A stretch of 64,000 nt of DNA from Thermodesulfobacteriota bacterium (GTDB taxonomy: Bacteria > Desulfobacterota_D > UBA1144 > Nemesobacterales > UBA2774), in NCBI GenBank assembly GCA_965223335.1, contig OZ244991.1:672001-736000 (forward strand), read 5' to 3'. The notes under the pieces are model-generated. The model was not told where the DNA came from and did not search any database. It saw only the letters and a list, made by a program, of their open reading frames with translations. Shown here one piece after another: positions 42,263-52,189 of the stretch (its first letter is position 1; the number at the start of each line of letters is the position of its first letter). Made by a program: the position numbers and the translations under genes.

Positions 42263-43324
42263 TTATTCTTCTGCAAGCTGATTGATTATCGTACTTTCAT
42301 CTGAGATGCTAGGTGTCCACCACGAGTCCATGGAACCTGTACCGTCCCCGTTGTTTAAACCCAAGAAACCAACAAATAAAACTGTTGAAACTTGTGTACT
42401 AGGACAGTCACCCGTAATAGGATCTACATCAAAGCAATTGAATCTCTGAAGCGGCATAAACAGCCACCCGACATCCACACTGTCGTTACAAATTCTATTG
42501 ACCTCGCCCTTTGAGTTAGGATGGAAGTTGTCTATCCCTTTATCTACAAGTGTAAGGTCGCAGGCAAACGTCGTAGGGCTGCACGATGTTGGACTCTCGA
42601 ACTCATCAAATATATGAACTTGTGGGTCAGCGTCGGTTACATCCCCAGTAGCATTACCGAATACTGCCTGGATTAGCGGGCTGGCTACAACAGACGAATC
42701 GTCTATTCTCCTATAAACAAGACCCACTACATCTGCAAGATCGGCGCCATCCACATTATTGAAGTTAACTACACCTCTATCCCAGAAGTTTGATGCGAGA
42801 CTGAACACTTCCTCACCAGCAGCATTGGTCCTGTACTCGAAGTCCCCATCGCCATCAATAATCCTAAACATACCGATTAGCGAGTCCTCAGGTCCGCTGA
42901 ACGCTGAGATTACAATTAAGCCGTAACCCTCATCAAAGTCGGCTCCGGGGGCAGAAAACCCTACAAACCCCAGTCCATCTGCATCATTGTTGGATACTAG
43001 GTTGCCCAGGTCATACACGTGAGTGTCCCCCGGGGTGTATACATCGTCGAAGTCGGTCTCTTCGCATACCACTACCGGGGAGGTAACGTTAAAGATCTGG
43101 ACGTGTACAAACACAGTCCCCTGACTCACATTTGTAAGCTGAGCAAAGGTCTGGCGAGCCATACGCATATCCCAGAAATACACCAGATCATCAGTTGCCT
43201 GATCCGTCTGGTCTATGGTGTCTACTGTGATAGTAACTAACCCTGCCATTGATACTGTGGGAGCAATCAACAGCAGTGTAAACACTACAATATATTGTAA
43301 CCTGGATATAATTTGGTAGGTCAT
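42263..43324 (-). CDS. Secreted protein A1 (homologous to the B scaffold)
   Basis: Signal peptide (..SMA), RBS AAGGAGG, YTPGDTHVYDLGNLV, C-terminal GLNNGDGTGSMDSWW. Three paralogs. Confidence 0.9.
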   Translation of the reverse strand: MTYQIISRLQYIVVFTLLLIAPTVSMAGLVTITVDTIDQTDQATDDLVYFWDMRMARQTFAQLTNVSQGTVFVHVQIFNVTSPVVVCEETDFDDVYTPGDTHVYDLGNLVSNNDADGLGFVGFSAPGADFDEGYGLIVISAFSGPEDSLIGMFRIIDGDGDFEYRTNAAGEEVFSLASNFWDRGVVNFNNVDGADLADVVGLVYRRIDDSSVVASPLIQAVFGNATGDVTDADPQVHIFDEFESPTSCSPTTFACDLTLVDKGIDNFHPNSKGEVNRICNDSVDVGWLFMPLQRFNCFDVDPITGDCPSTQVSTVLFVGFLGLNNGDGTGSMDSWWTPSISDESTIINQLAEE

Positions 43325-43374
43325 CTATCCTTCCTCCTTAAATTTTGTAAAGCTGATATAGTCGAGTTAGTACG

Positions 43375-43403
43375 ATTCTAATTGAAGCCAAAACAAAATA
43401 CAA
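43375..43403 (-). promoter_or_regulatory. Sigma70-type promoter of unit 1
   Basis: TTGTAT, 17-nt spacer, TAGAAT. Equivalent element found at all four units. Confidence 0.7.
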
Positions 43404-43440
43404 TATTTTTTAAGGGTAACTACTTATGTATTTAATAAAG

Positions 43441-43482
43441 AAAAAGCCGAGTGAGTAATCTCTACTCACCCGGCCTTCTTTT
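43441..43482 (-). terminator. Intrinsic terminator, copy 2 (after B2)
   Basis: AAAAAGCCGAGTGAGTAATCTCTACTCACCCGGCC hairpin. Confidence 0.8.
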
Positions 43483-43628
43483 AAATCTCTTTATTTAAGA
43501 GCAGAGTAGACAATTACTTACCTACCTTGCTCATGTTTTATTTATTACTCGGTCTTAGACCGCTGTCCCACGACCCCATTTTGTTCCTGCCTGTCGGTCG
43601 TGATAATGCTACTCCCTTGCGGTCCCCA

Positions 43629-45569
43629 TTACTTCTTTTTCCTGCGCAGTGCACGTACCCCGAATACAAACGCTACTGGTACCAGAGGGATAAGTACGTT
43701 CGCAAGTCCGCTCCCTAGCTCTACCGGGCTAGCTGCTATAGCACAACTACCGCTGCTCTTCTTGCTAGGCGGATTCGTTGGCGGCAGTGTAGGCCCTAGT
43801 GTAGGTGGTGTGGTCGGAGGCAGTGTGGGTCCAAGTGTCGGGATAATTATGAAATCCTCGCTGGCCACTATAGCCTCGTCTATACCAAGCCTTGCGAAAC
43901 ACACTGTTGTGTCACCACAACTTGTGAAGGTCTCGAGCTCATCCCATATACCCACTGCAAGGTCTGTAGCAGCTGCGAGTGCGCGGTATGGGGGACCGTA
44001 GTCGTCTATAAAGGAGATAACCACAGCATCTCCACCTGCCGAGCCGGTCTGTACATTAAACTGACCGGATAGGATTGTGGGGTCTACGACGTCCAGGAAC
44101 GAGTTGACACCGTCCAATACACCGTCGCATATGATGGGCTCAATCACACGGAAATTGTCTACCAATCCACCGTTATGTTGAGGTGCTATACCGTCGCAGT
44201 CCTGTTCCTGTCCGGTAATTACCTGAATAGTGTATGAACCCGCACCCGGGATGTTCAAGCTGTCGTTGTTAAAGCTCGAACGGCCCTCGGGGAAAATGAA
44301 CGGGTTAATTGTATACACCGTTGCGTCTGTGGGGATGCTTTGACAAAGAACAGCGATATTATTTTGAAGCGCTCCGATAAACTGTGAATTGGCATCCGAA
44401 TAGCAATTACCGCCTATGATTGTCGGACCTGTGGTGTCTATAAGCAGAACTCCCAGTGCTGCTGAGCATGTGCCCGGTGTTGCGTTGGTTAGAATCGAGT
44501 AGTCGTATGTCAATGTTCCGCCCTGTGTGGTGGTAAACCCGATCGATTCCAGTATGGTTACGTTCGTAGCAGCAGTACCGAAATTCAATGTCAACGGTGC
44601 TGCCAAAGACGGGAAACTGCCACCGTCGTAGAAACTCTCTGTGAACGAAGTACTGGATACTACATATGCCATGAAATCATTAGCAGGGTCCGGAGGTGAC
44701 GCCGGTGGTGCCGCTACATTCGGGGATATCCCTGTGGGATCTATAACTGCAGACACAGGAGCTAAAGTGCTGCCCTGTGTAATGGCCCATACAGGGAATG
44801 GTAAGCCGAATAGATCTATGAAGAAACTCCCTGTCTGGAAACTGCCGTTTGTAATCACGTTTCTCTCCCCGGCCTCGTCACAAAACGCCTGACGGGCATA
44901 CATGTTTACTCCGTACATGTAATCGTTGGGGTCCACTATTACTGTCTGACCCGTGAGGAAATCAGCCTCTACTGCATTGTCAGGGTTAGGACACCCGTCC
45001 ACTGCTGTTACGAGGAATATACCCTCTTTACCCTGTAGGTTGTCGTCGGGGATTGCCACCCCACCGTTATCCACCAGGTTCCCTAGGTCATACACATGTG
45101 TGTCGCCAGGGGTGTAGAAGTCACAGAAGTTACGGATCTCTACACAGTTGGCATCAAGTATCCTCACGTGTACAGGGCCCCCTACAAACACACTTGAGTT
45201 TGTTACCTGCACAGAGGTATTACGCCCGTTGGCCTGTGTCCACCAGGTCACAAGCTGAGAGCCGCTGTCTGTGGTAGGTGTGGGGTTGGCCCCAAAGAAA
45301 AAGAAGAAGCCAAAATCAAAAAAGTCGTTGTTATGCATCCAGTCGAGTCCACCCACGGCAGCACCACCGAAGTTCTCTACGGTGCCTACAAGGCCAGCGG
45401 TAAAGTCGGCCTGTGCGGGGTTAGGTACCTGGATCTCTACCCAGCCCACCTCGTTAGGTACAGAGGGACAGAGTAGGTTGTCTGTACCAATCTGACTCAT
45501 GGCGGGTGTTATATAAGCAAAGCCCACGAGAGCCACTAGTAAAAATGCCGTTAAGAATTTTTGTATCAT
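43629..45569 (-). CDS. Surface protein B2 with Cys-TM-basic sorting signal
   Basis: Paralog of B1; identical C-terminal region, divergent central domain. Confidence 0.9.
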   Translation of the reverse strand: MIQKFLTAFLLVALVGFAYITPAMSQIGTDNLLCPSVPNEVGWVEIQVPNPAQADFTAGLVGTVENFGGAAVGGLDWMHNNDFFDFGFFFFFGANPTPTTDSGSQLVTWWTQANGRNTSVQVTNSSVFVGGPVHVRILDANCVEIRNFCDFYTPGDTHVYDLGNLVDNGGVAIPDDNLQGKEGIFLVTAVDGCPNPDNAVEADFLTGQTVIVDPNDYMYGVNMYARQAFCDEAGERNVITNGSFQTGSFFIDLFGLPFPVWAITQGSTLAPVSAVIDPTGISPNVAAPPASPPDPANDFMAYVVSSTSFTESFYDGGSFPSLAAPLTLNFGTAATNVTILESIGFTTTQGGTLTYDYSILTNATPGTCSAALGVLLIDTTGPTIIGGNCYSDANSQFIGALQNNIAVLCQSIPTDATVYTINPFIFPEGRSSFNNDSLNIPGAGSYTIQVITGQEQDCDGIAPQHNGGLVDNFRVIEPIICDGVLDGVNSFLDVVDPTILSGQFNVQTGSAGGDAVVISFIDDYGPPYRALAAATDLAVGIWDELETFTSCGDTTVCFARLGIDEAIVASEDFIIIPTLGPTLPPTTPPTLGPTLPPTNPPSKKSSGSCAIAASPVELGSGLANVLIPLVPVAFVFGVRALRRKKK

Positions 45570-45646
45570 CTAACTATCCTCCTTCGGATTGTTCATTTAT
45601 TTTTTTTTAATCGTCATAGATCTACCAAAGGTAAATTAGGGTAGCG

Positions 45647-46699
45647 TTATGGTAATAGTCCACCCTCATCATCACTTAAACCCTGTGACCACCACGAGTC
45701 CATGGATCCTGTACCGTCTCCGTTGTTAAGACCCAGAAACCCGACAAAGAAAACATCCGCGACATCACTTCCGCAGGATCCGGTAACCGGATCGAGGTCG
45801 AAACAGTTAAATGTTTGGAACGGCATAAACAGCCACCCGACATCTACACTGTCGTTACAGATTCTGTTTACCTCGCCCTTTGAGTTGGGATGGAAATTAT
45901 CTATCCCTTTGTCTACAAGTGTCAGGTCGCATGCAAATGTTGTCGGGCTGCAGGATGTGGGGCTCTCAAACTCATCAAATATATGGACCTGTGGACTTGC
46001 ATCAGTAACATCACCCGTCGCGTCACCAAACACAGCCTGAATGAGTGGCGATGCTACTACTGAACCGGGATCGATGCTCCTGTAGACTAACCCAACGACG
46101 TCTGAAAGGTTTGCTCCGTCCACATCATTAAAGTTCAAAATCCCAAGAGTCCACAAATTGTTGTCTGTGATGATCCCAGTGATGTTCTCTTCACCTGCTG
46201 CGTTGGTCCTGTACTCGAAATCACTGTCACCATCTATGATCCTAAACAATCCGATTAGCGGATCTATAGGCCCGGATTCTAACGAGATAACAACAAGCCC
46301 GTAGCCCTCATCCAAGTCTGCATTAGGGGCAGAAAAACCTACAAACCCCAGTCCGTCTGCATCGTTGTTGGATACTAGATTGCCCAGGTCATACACATGT
46401 GTGTCTCCCGGGGTGTATACATCGTCAAAGTCGGTCTCTTCACAAATCACGACCGGTGAGGTGACATTGAAAATCTGCACGTGCACAAATACAAGTCCCT
46501 GCGAGACATTGGTCATCTGCGCGAAAGTTTCTCGTGCCATCCTCATATCCCAAAAATATATGAGTCTTTCTACTGATTGGTCTGTCTGGTCAATCCTGGG
46601 AATATCAACTGGTGCCTGTGCAAATGAGCTAATCGGCATCAGCATGATGCCCATTAGCACAAACAAATACTTCAATCTTATGACAAGGCAATTGGTCAT
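45647..46699 (-). CDS. Secreted protein A2
   Basis: Signal peptide (..SFA); paralog of A1. Confidence 0.9.
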   Translation of the reverse strand: MTNCLVIRLKYLFVLMGIMLMPISSFAQAPVDIPRIDQTDQSVERLIYFWDMRMARETFAQMTNVSQGLVFVHVQIFNVTSPVVICEETDFDDVYTPGDTHVYDLGNLVSNNDADGLGFVGFSAPNADLDEGYGLVVISLESGPIDPLIGLFRIIDGDSDFEYRTNAAGEENITGIITDNNLWTLGILNFNDVDGANLSDVVGLVYRSIDPGSVVASPLIQAVFGDATGDVTDASPQVHIFDEFESPTSCSPTTFACDLTLVDKGIDNFHPNSKGEVNRICNDSVDVGWLFMPFQTFNCFDLDPVTGSCGSDVADVFFVGFLGLNNGDGTGSMDSWWSQGLSDDEGGLLP

Positions 46700-46755
46700 C
46701 TATCCTTCCTCCTTATATATCTGTGTCAATATATCTATATAGTCGAGTTGACACT

Positions 46756-46784
46756 ATTCTAAAACATATGAATCAGATTTACAA
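46756..46784 (-). promoter_or_regulatory. Sigma70-type promoter of unit 2
   Basis: TTGTAA, 17-nt spacer, TAGAAT. Confidence 0.7.
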
Positions 46785-46821
46785 TATTTTTTAAGGGTAA
46801 CTACTTATGTATTTAATAAAG

Positions 46822-46862
46822 AAAAAGCCGAGTGAGTAATCTCTACTCACCCGGCTCTTTTT
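46822..46862 (-). terminator. Intrinsic terminator, copy 3 (after B3)
   Basis: AAAAAGCCGAGTGAGTAATCTCTACTCACCCGGCTCTTTTT hairpin. Confidence 0.8.
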
Positions 46863-46920
46863 CATATCTTTCATTTCCAGCAGTGTAGGTTACCCACTAC
46901 CAGATTTATTTCTTGTTTCC

Positions 46921-48873
46921 TTACTTCTTTTTCCTGCGCAGTGCACGTACCCCGAATACAAACGCTACTGGTACCAGAGGGATAAGTACGTTCGCAAGTC
47001 CACTCCCTAGCTCTACCGGGCTAGCTGCTATAGCACAACTACCGCTGCTCTTCTTGCTAGGCGGATTCGTTGGCGGCAGTGTAGGCCCTAGTGTAGGTGG
47101 TGTGGTCGGAGGCAGTGTGGGTCCAAGTGTCGGGATAATTATGAAATCCTCGCTGGCCACTATAGCCTCGTCTATACCAAGCCTTGCGAAACACACTGTT
47201 GTGTCACCACAACTTGTGAATGTCTCGAGCTCATCCCAAATACCCACTGCAGTGTCCGTTGCAGCTGCGAGTGCTCTATACGGGGGACCGTAGTCGTCTA
47301 TAAAGGAGATAACCACAGCATCACCGCCTGCCGAGCCGGTCTGTACATTAAACTGACCGGATAGGATTGTGGGATCCACAACGTCCAGGAACGAGTTTAC
47401 TCCGTCGAGCACACCGTCGCATATGATGGGCTCTATGAACTGGAAGTTGTCTACCAATGCACCGCTGTCGTTAATAGGTGCAATACACAATCCCGTATCT
47501 TGCAGTGTTATTACCTGCAGTGCATACGTTCCTGCCCCGGGCACATTGAGTGTGCTGGTGTTAAAGCTTGAGCGCCCGTCATCAAAGCTAAACGGGTTGA
47601 TTGTATATACGGTGTCGTCTGTAGGAACCTGGACACAGCTTGGAGTTCCAGGAGCAATCTGTAGAAAAGCAGCCGGTGTACCTTGGGTGCTCTCTACAAA
47701 GCACTGTCCCGAAACAACGGCCGGAGGTCCGGCCAGTGTGTTGATGAGTATCACTGCAACACCCGATACACAACCCGTGGACTGTAAAATGGTGTAATCA
47801 AATGTGAGAGTTCCACTCTGGGTAGTTGTAAAAGTTGTCGATTCCAGTACCGATACATTACCCTCAGCTCCTACAAAGTTGAACAGGTCGATAACATCTA
47901 CCGTAGCCAAGTTTCCGTATGTTCCGCCACTATAATTACCAGTAGGGAAATCATCGCTGGATACTACGTATGCATAGAAATCATTAGCAGGGTCCGGAGG
48001 TGACGCCGGTGGTGCTGCTACATTCGGGGATATCCCTGTGGGATCTATAACTGCAGACACAGGAGCTAAAGTGCTGCCCTGTGTAATGGCCCATACAGGG
48101 AATGGTAAGCCGAATAGATCTATGAAGAAACTCCCTGTCTGGAAACTGCCGTTTGTAATCACGTTTCTCTCCCCAGCCTCGTCACAAAACGCCTGACGGG
48201 CATACATGTTTACTCCGTACATGTAATCGTTGGGGTCCACTATTACTGTCTGACCCGTGAGGAAATCAGCCTCTACTGCATTGTCAGGGTTAGGACACCC
48301 GTCCACTGCTGTTACGAGGAATATACCCTCTTTACCCTGTAGGTTATCGTCGGGGATTGCCGCCCCACCGTTATCCACCAGGTTCCCTAGGTCATACACA
48401 TGTGTGTCGCCAGGGGTGTAGAAGTCACAGAAGTTACGGATCTCTACACAGTTGGCATCAAGTATCCTCACGTGTACAGGGCCCCCTACAAACACACTTG
48501 AGTTTGTTACCTGCACAGAGGTATTACGCCCGTTGGCCTGTGTCCACCAGGTCACAAGCTGAGAGCCGCTGTCTGTGGTAGGTGTGGGGTTGGCCCCAAA
48601 GAAAAAGAAGAAGCCAAAATCAAAAAAGTCGTTGTTATGCATCCAGTCGAGTCCACCCACGGCAGCACCACCGAAGTTCTCTACAGTGCCTACAAGGCCA
48701 GCGGTAAAGTCGGCCTGTGCGGGGTTAGGTACCTGGATCTCTACCCAGCCCACCTCGTTAGGTACAGAGGGACAGAGTAGGTTGTCTGTGCCAATCTGGC
48801 TCATGGCGGGTGTTATATAAGCAACGCCCACAAACATGAGCATTAATACTGCTGTAAAGGAATGTCTAATCAT
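46921..48873 (-). CDS. Surface protein B3 with Cys-TM-basic sorting signal
   Basis: Paralog of B1/B2; N-terminal half nearly identical to B2. Confidence 0.9.
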   Translation of the reverse strand: MIRHSFTAVLMLMFVGVAYITPAMSQIGTDNLLCPSVPNEVGWVEIQVPNPAQADFTAGLVGTVENFGGAAVGGLDWMHNNDFFDFGFFFFFGANPTPTTDSGSQLVTWWTQANGRNTSVQVTNSSVFVGGPVHVRILDANCVEIRNFCDFYTPGDTHVYDLGNLVDNGGAAIPDDNLQGKEGIFLVTAVDGCPNPDNAVEADFLTGQTVIVDPNDYMYGVNMYARQAFCDEAGERNVITNGSFQTGSFFIDLFGLPFPVWAITQGSTLAPVSAVIDPTGISPNVAAPPASPPDPANDFYAYVVSSDDFPTGNYSGGTYGNLATVDVIDLFNFVGAEGNVSVLESTTFTTTQSGTLTFDYTILQSTGCVSGVAVILINTLAGPPAVVSGQCFVESTQGTPAAFLQIAPGTPSCVQVPTDDTVYTINPFSFDDGRSSFNTSTLNVPGAGTYALQVITLQDTGLCIAPINDSGALVDNFQFIEPIICDGVLDGVNSFLDVVDPTILSGQFNVQTGSAGGDAVVISFIDDYGPPYRALAAATDTAVGIWDELETFTSCGDTTVCFARLGIDEAIVASEDFIIIPTLGPTLPPTTPPTLGPTLPPTNPPSKKSSGSCAIAASPVELGSGLANVLIPLVPVAFVFGVRALRRKKK

Positions 48874-48935
48874 CCTTCTTTCCTCCTTATAGTTATCCGT
48901 CTATTTTTTTCATCATATAAAATCTGCAATAAGCA

Positions 48936-49955
48936 TTATGTAGGATCAGATTCATCGAATTCGCTAGGTGTCCACCACGAGTCCATCGAGCCTGTGCCGT
49001 CTCCGTTGTTTAATCCCAGGAATCCTGTGAAATAGACAGAATCACCCGGGCAATCCCCGGTCACAGGATCGAGGTCGAAACAGTTAAACCTCTGAAACGG
49101 CATAAACAACCACCCTACATCCACACTGTCGTTACAGATCCTGTTAACCTCGCCCTTTGAGTTGGGGTGGAAGTTATCAATCCCTTTGTCTACAAGTGTC
49201 AGGTCACATGCAAACGTTGTAGGGCTGCACGATGTTGGACTCTCGAACTCATCAAATATATGGATCTGGGGACTTGCATCAGTAACATCACCCGTCGCGT
49301 CACCAAACACTGCCTGTACGAGAGGGCCGGCAACCACAGAGTCAACATCTACCCTTCTGTAAACCAATCCGACTACATCCGCTAGGTCGACTCCGTCCAC
49401 ATTGTTAAAATTGAGAACACCAAGGTTCCAAATAGTTGTCGGATCAAATATATTCTCACCCGCTGCATTGGTCCTGTACTCGAAATCACCGTCACCGTCT
49501 ATGATGCGAAACATACCTATGAAGTCATCAAATCCGCTGGATTGAGATACAACCAACAACCCATATCCTTCATCTAAATCCGCATTTGGAGCCGAGAACC
49601 CTACAAAACCCAGTCCGTCAGCATCGTTGTTGGACACAAGGTTGCCCAGATCGTAGACGTGAGTGTCCCCGGGTGTATAAACATCGTCAAAGTCGGTTTC
49701 TTCACAAACGACTACAGGTGACGTAACATTAAAAATCTGCACATGCACAAAAGACACAAACCCTGAGGTGTTTGTCAACTGTGCAAAGGTCTGGCGAGCC
49801 ATACGTAGATCCCAGAAATAAACCAACGCATCTGAAGACTGGTCGGTCTGGTCAATAGAGGGTTCAGAAAATCCTGCCATTGATACTGTGGGAGCAATCA
49901 ACAGCAGTGTAAACACTACAATATATTGTAACCTGGATATAATTTGGTAGGTCAT
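48936..49955 (-). CDS. Secreted protein A3
   Basis: Signal peptide identical to that of A1 (MTYQIISRLQYIVVFTLLLIAPTVSMAG); paralog. Confidence 0.9.
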   Translation of the reverse strand: MTYQIISRLQYIVVFTLLLIAPTVSMAGFSEPSIDQTDQSSDALVYFWDLRMARQTFAQLTNTSGFVSFVHVQIFNVTSPVVVCEETDFDDVYTPGDTHVYDLGNLVSNNDADGLGFVGFSAPNADLDEGYGLLVVSQSSGFDDFIGMFRIIDGDGDFEYRTNAAGENIFDPTTIWNLGVLNFNNVDGVDLADVVGLVYRRVDVDSVVAGPLVQAVFGDATGDVTDASPQIHIFDEFESPTSCSPTTFACDLTLVDKGIDNFHPNSKGEVNRICNDSVDVGWLFMPFQRFNCFDLDPVTGDCPGDSVYFTGFLGLNNGDGTGSMDSWWTPSEFDESDPT

Positions 49956-50005
49956 CTATCCTTCCTCCTTAAATTGTTTACAACTTATATAGTCGAGTTA
50001 TTACG

Positions 50006-50034
50006 ATTTTAAACGAAGCTATCTAGGATTACAA
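50006..50034 (-). promoter_or_regulatory. Sigma70-type promoter of unit 3
   Basis: TTGTAA, 17-nt spacer, TAAAAT. Confidence 0.7.
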
Positions 50035-50071
50035 GATTTTTGAATGGTAACTACTTACGAATTTAATAAAG

Positions 50072-50111
50072 AAAAAGCCGGGTGAATAATCTCTACTCAC
50101 CCGGCTTTTTT
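50072..50111 (-). terminator. Intrinsic terminator, copy 4 (after B4)
   Basis: AAAAAGCCGGGTGAATAATCTCTACTCACCCGGCTTTTTT, near-perfect and bidirectional-looking hairpin. Confidence 0.85.
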
Positions 50112-50168
50112 CTAAAGCTTTATCTTCGGCAGTCTAAATACTAACTGCCGTATTTATTTCTTATGTAT

Positions 50169-52127
50169 CTACTTCTTTCTGCGGAGCCTTCTTACCCCAA
50201 ATACAAACGCTACTGGTACTAGTGGGATAAGTACGTTGGCTAGTCCGCTTCCAAGCTCTACTGGGCTAGCTGCTATTGCACAGCTTCCACTCCCACTTCC
50301 GCTAGGCGGATTCGTAGGTGTAGAGGTCGGTCCCAGTGTAGGTGGTGTTGTCGGTGGCAGTGTCGGCCCTAGTGTCGGGGCTACTACAAAGTCCTGACTG
50401 GCCACAACTGCTTCGTCCACACCTAACCTTAAGAAGCACACTGGTACGTCGCCGCAGCTTGAGAAGTCCTCTGTGTCGTCCCATATACCCACTGCAGTGT
50501 CTGTTGCTGCTGCTACTGCGCGGTATGGGGGACCGTAGTCGTCTATAAAGGAGATAAGCGCTACGTCTCCACCTGCAGCACCTGTCTGTACATTAAACTG
50601 GCCTGCGAGGATTGTAGGGTCTACAATGTCTAGGAACGAGGTTATTCCGTCTAATGGAGTTATGCCCTCGAAACATTGGATCGGCTCAAGCAACTGGAAG
50701 TTATCTACCAGAATCGCAGAATCTTCACCAGCAACACAATTTCCATCCTGTATCGTGATGACCTGAAGGGCTAGTGAACTGTTTGCCGGTGCCTGTAGTG
50801 TATCACTTACGTACGAAGAATGACCGTTGGGGAATGTAAAACCACCGAGAACATACGACGTGTTATCGGTAGTTAGCGGCTGGCATGGTACATTGCCTAC
50901 TACCCCTCCCCCATTAGTTATTCGGTTCAAAGAAAATGGAATTGCTACTGCAATATCATCGAAATAGCAGTTAGCATCAATCATCTCAGGTATGGAGGCA
51001 TCGATTAGAATCACAGCATAAACAGCATCACAACTAGTACCTACATTCCCATCATGAAATGCAGATAAAATCGACGCATCGTATGTCAGAGTACCGCCAT
51101 TGATTGTTGTGAAAATAGCACTCTGCAACACTGTTGTATTGATTGGACCACCTAAAAGGTTGATTAAAGTGGCAGTTGCTAGTCCATTGAAAGTGCCTCC
51201 ACTATAATTACCTGTGAGTCCTTGAGATTGAGCTACAAAGGCATAGAAATCATTAGCAGGGTCGGGAGGTGTTGCAGGTGGTGCTGCTAGGTTAGGGGAT
51301 ATCCCCGTACTGTCTATCACGCCTGATGAACTACCCGCTCCTTGTGATACAAACCATACCGGCGCCAATAAAGGATCATTGAAAAAGTCCCCAGTCTGGA
51401 AACTGCCGTTTAGAATTATGTTCTGTTCCCCGGCCTCGTCACAGAATGCCTGACGGGCATACATGTTTACTCCATACATGTAGTCCTGAGAGTCTACGAT
51501 AACCGTCTGACCTGTTAGGTAGTCATGCTCTATAGCCTGGTCAGGGTTGGGGCATCCGTTTACCGAGGTTACTACCAATATACCCTCTTTACCCTGTAGG
51601 TTCTCGTCGGCTATCGGTGCACCTGCGTTACTTACCAAGTTGCCCAGGTCATACACATGAGTGTCCCCGGGGGTGTAAGCATCACAGAAGTTACGAATCT
51701 CTACACAGTTTGCGTCCAGTATACGCACGTGGACGTTTATACTATCGTTTACATTTGAGTTTGTTACCTGCACAGATGTGTTACGGCTGTCTGCCTGTGT
51801 CCACCAGGTCACAAGCTGTGAGCCACTGTCTGTGGTAGGTGTGGGGTTGGCGTTAAAGTTTGGGAAAAATGGTGCAAAATCGTCGTTGTTATGCATCCAG
51901 TCCAAACCACCCACTGCAGAACCCGCAAAACCCTCTACCGTACCTATGAGGCCTGCGGTAAAGTCGGCCTGTGCGGGGTTTGGGATCTGTACCTCTAGCC
52001 AGCCTGTGTCGTTAGGCACAGCCGGACAGAAGAGGTTGTCTGTACCAATCTGGCTCATTGCAGGGCTTACATATGCAAAGCCCACTAGCATGAGCAGTAA
52101 AAATGCTGTTATGGATTTTTTAATCAT
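50169..52127 (-). CDS. Surface protein B4 (most divergent) with Cys-TM-basic sorting signal
   Basis: Paralog; C-terminus ...SGSGSGSCAIAASPVELGSGLANVLIPLVPVAFVFGVRRLRRKK. Confidence 0.9.
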   Translation of the reverse strand: MIKKSITAFLLLMLVGFAYVSPAMSQIGTDNLFCPAVPNDTGWLEVQIPNPAQADFTAGLIGTVEGFAGSAVGGLDWMHNNDDFAPFFPNFNANPTPTTDSGSQLVTWWTQADSRNTSVQVTNSNVNDSINVHVRILDANCVEIRNFCDAYTPGDTHVYDLGNLVSNAGAPIADENLQGKEGILVVTSVNGCPNPDQAIEHDYLTGQTVIVDSQDYMYGVNMYARQAFCDEAGEQNIILNGSFQTGDFFNDPLLAPVWFVSQGAGSSSGVIDSTGISPNLAAPPATPPDPANDFYAFVAQSQGLTGNYSGGTFNGLATATLINLLGGPINTTVLQSAIFTTINGGTLTYDASILSAFHDGNVGTSCDAVYAVILIDASIPEMIDANCYFDDIAVAIPFSLNRITNGGGVVGNVPCQPLTTDNTSYVLGGFTFPNGHSSYVSDTLQAPANSSLALQVITIQDGNCVAGEDSAILVDNFQLLEPIQCFEGITPLDGITSFLDIVDPTILAGQFNVQTGAAGGDVALISFIDDYGPPYRAVAAATDTAVGIWDDTEDFSSCGDVPVCFLRLGVDEAVVASQDFVVAPTLGPTLPPTTPPTLGPTSTPTNPPSGSGSGSCAIAASPVELGSGLANVLIPLVPVAFVFGVRRLRRKK

Positions 52128-52189
52128 CCGTGTTTCCTCCTTAATTTTATTCGTCTTTTGTTTTTTTTCATTTTATATGACCACTAGGG

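Noticed and set aside
40161..44001. Duplicated plus-strand ORFs (40161..40352/43527..43718 and 40234..40635/43600..44001)
   Set aside because: They are antisense shadows of B genes and UTRs, identical only because the DNA block is duplicated.
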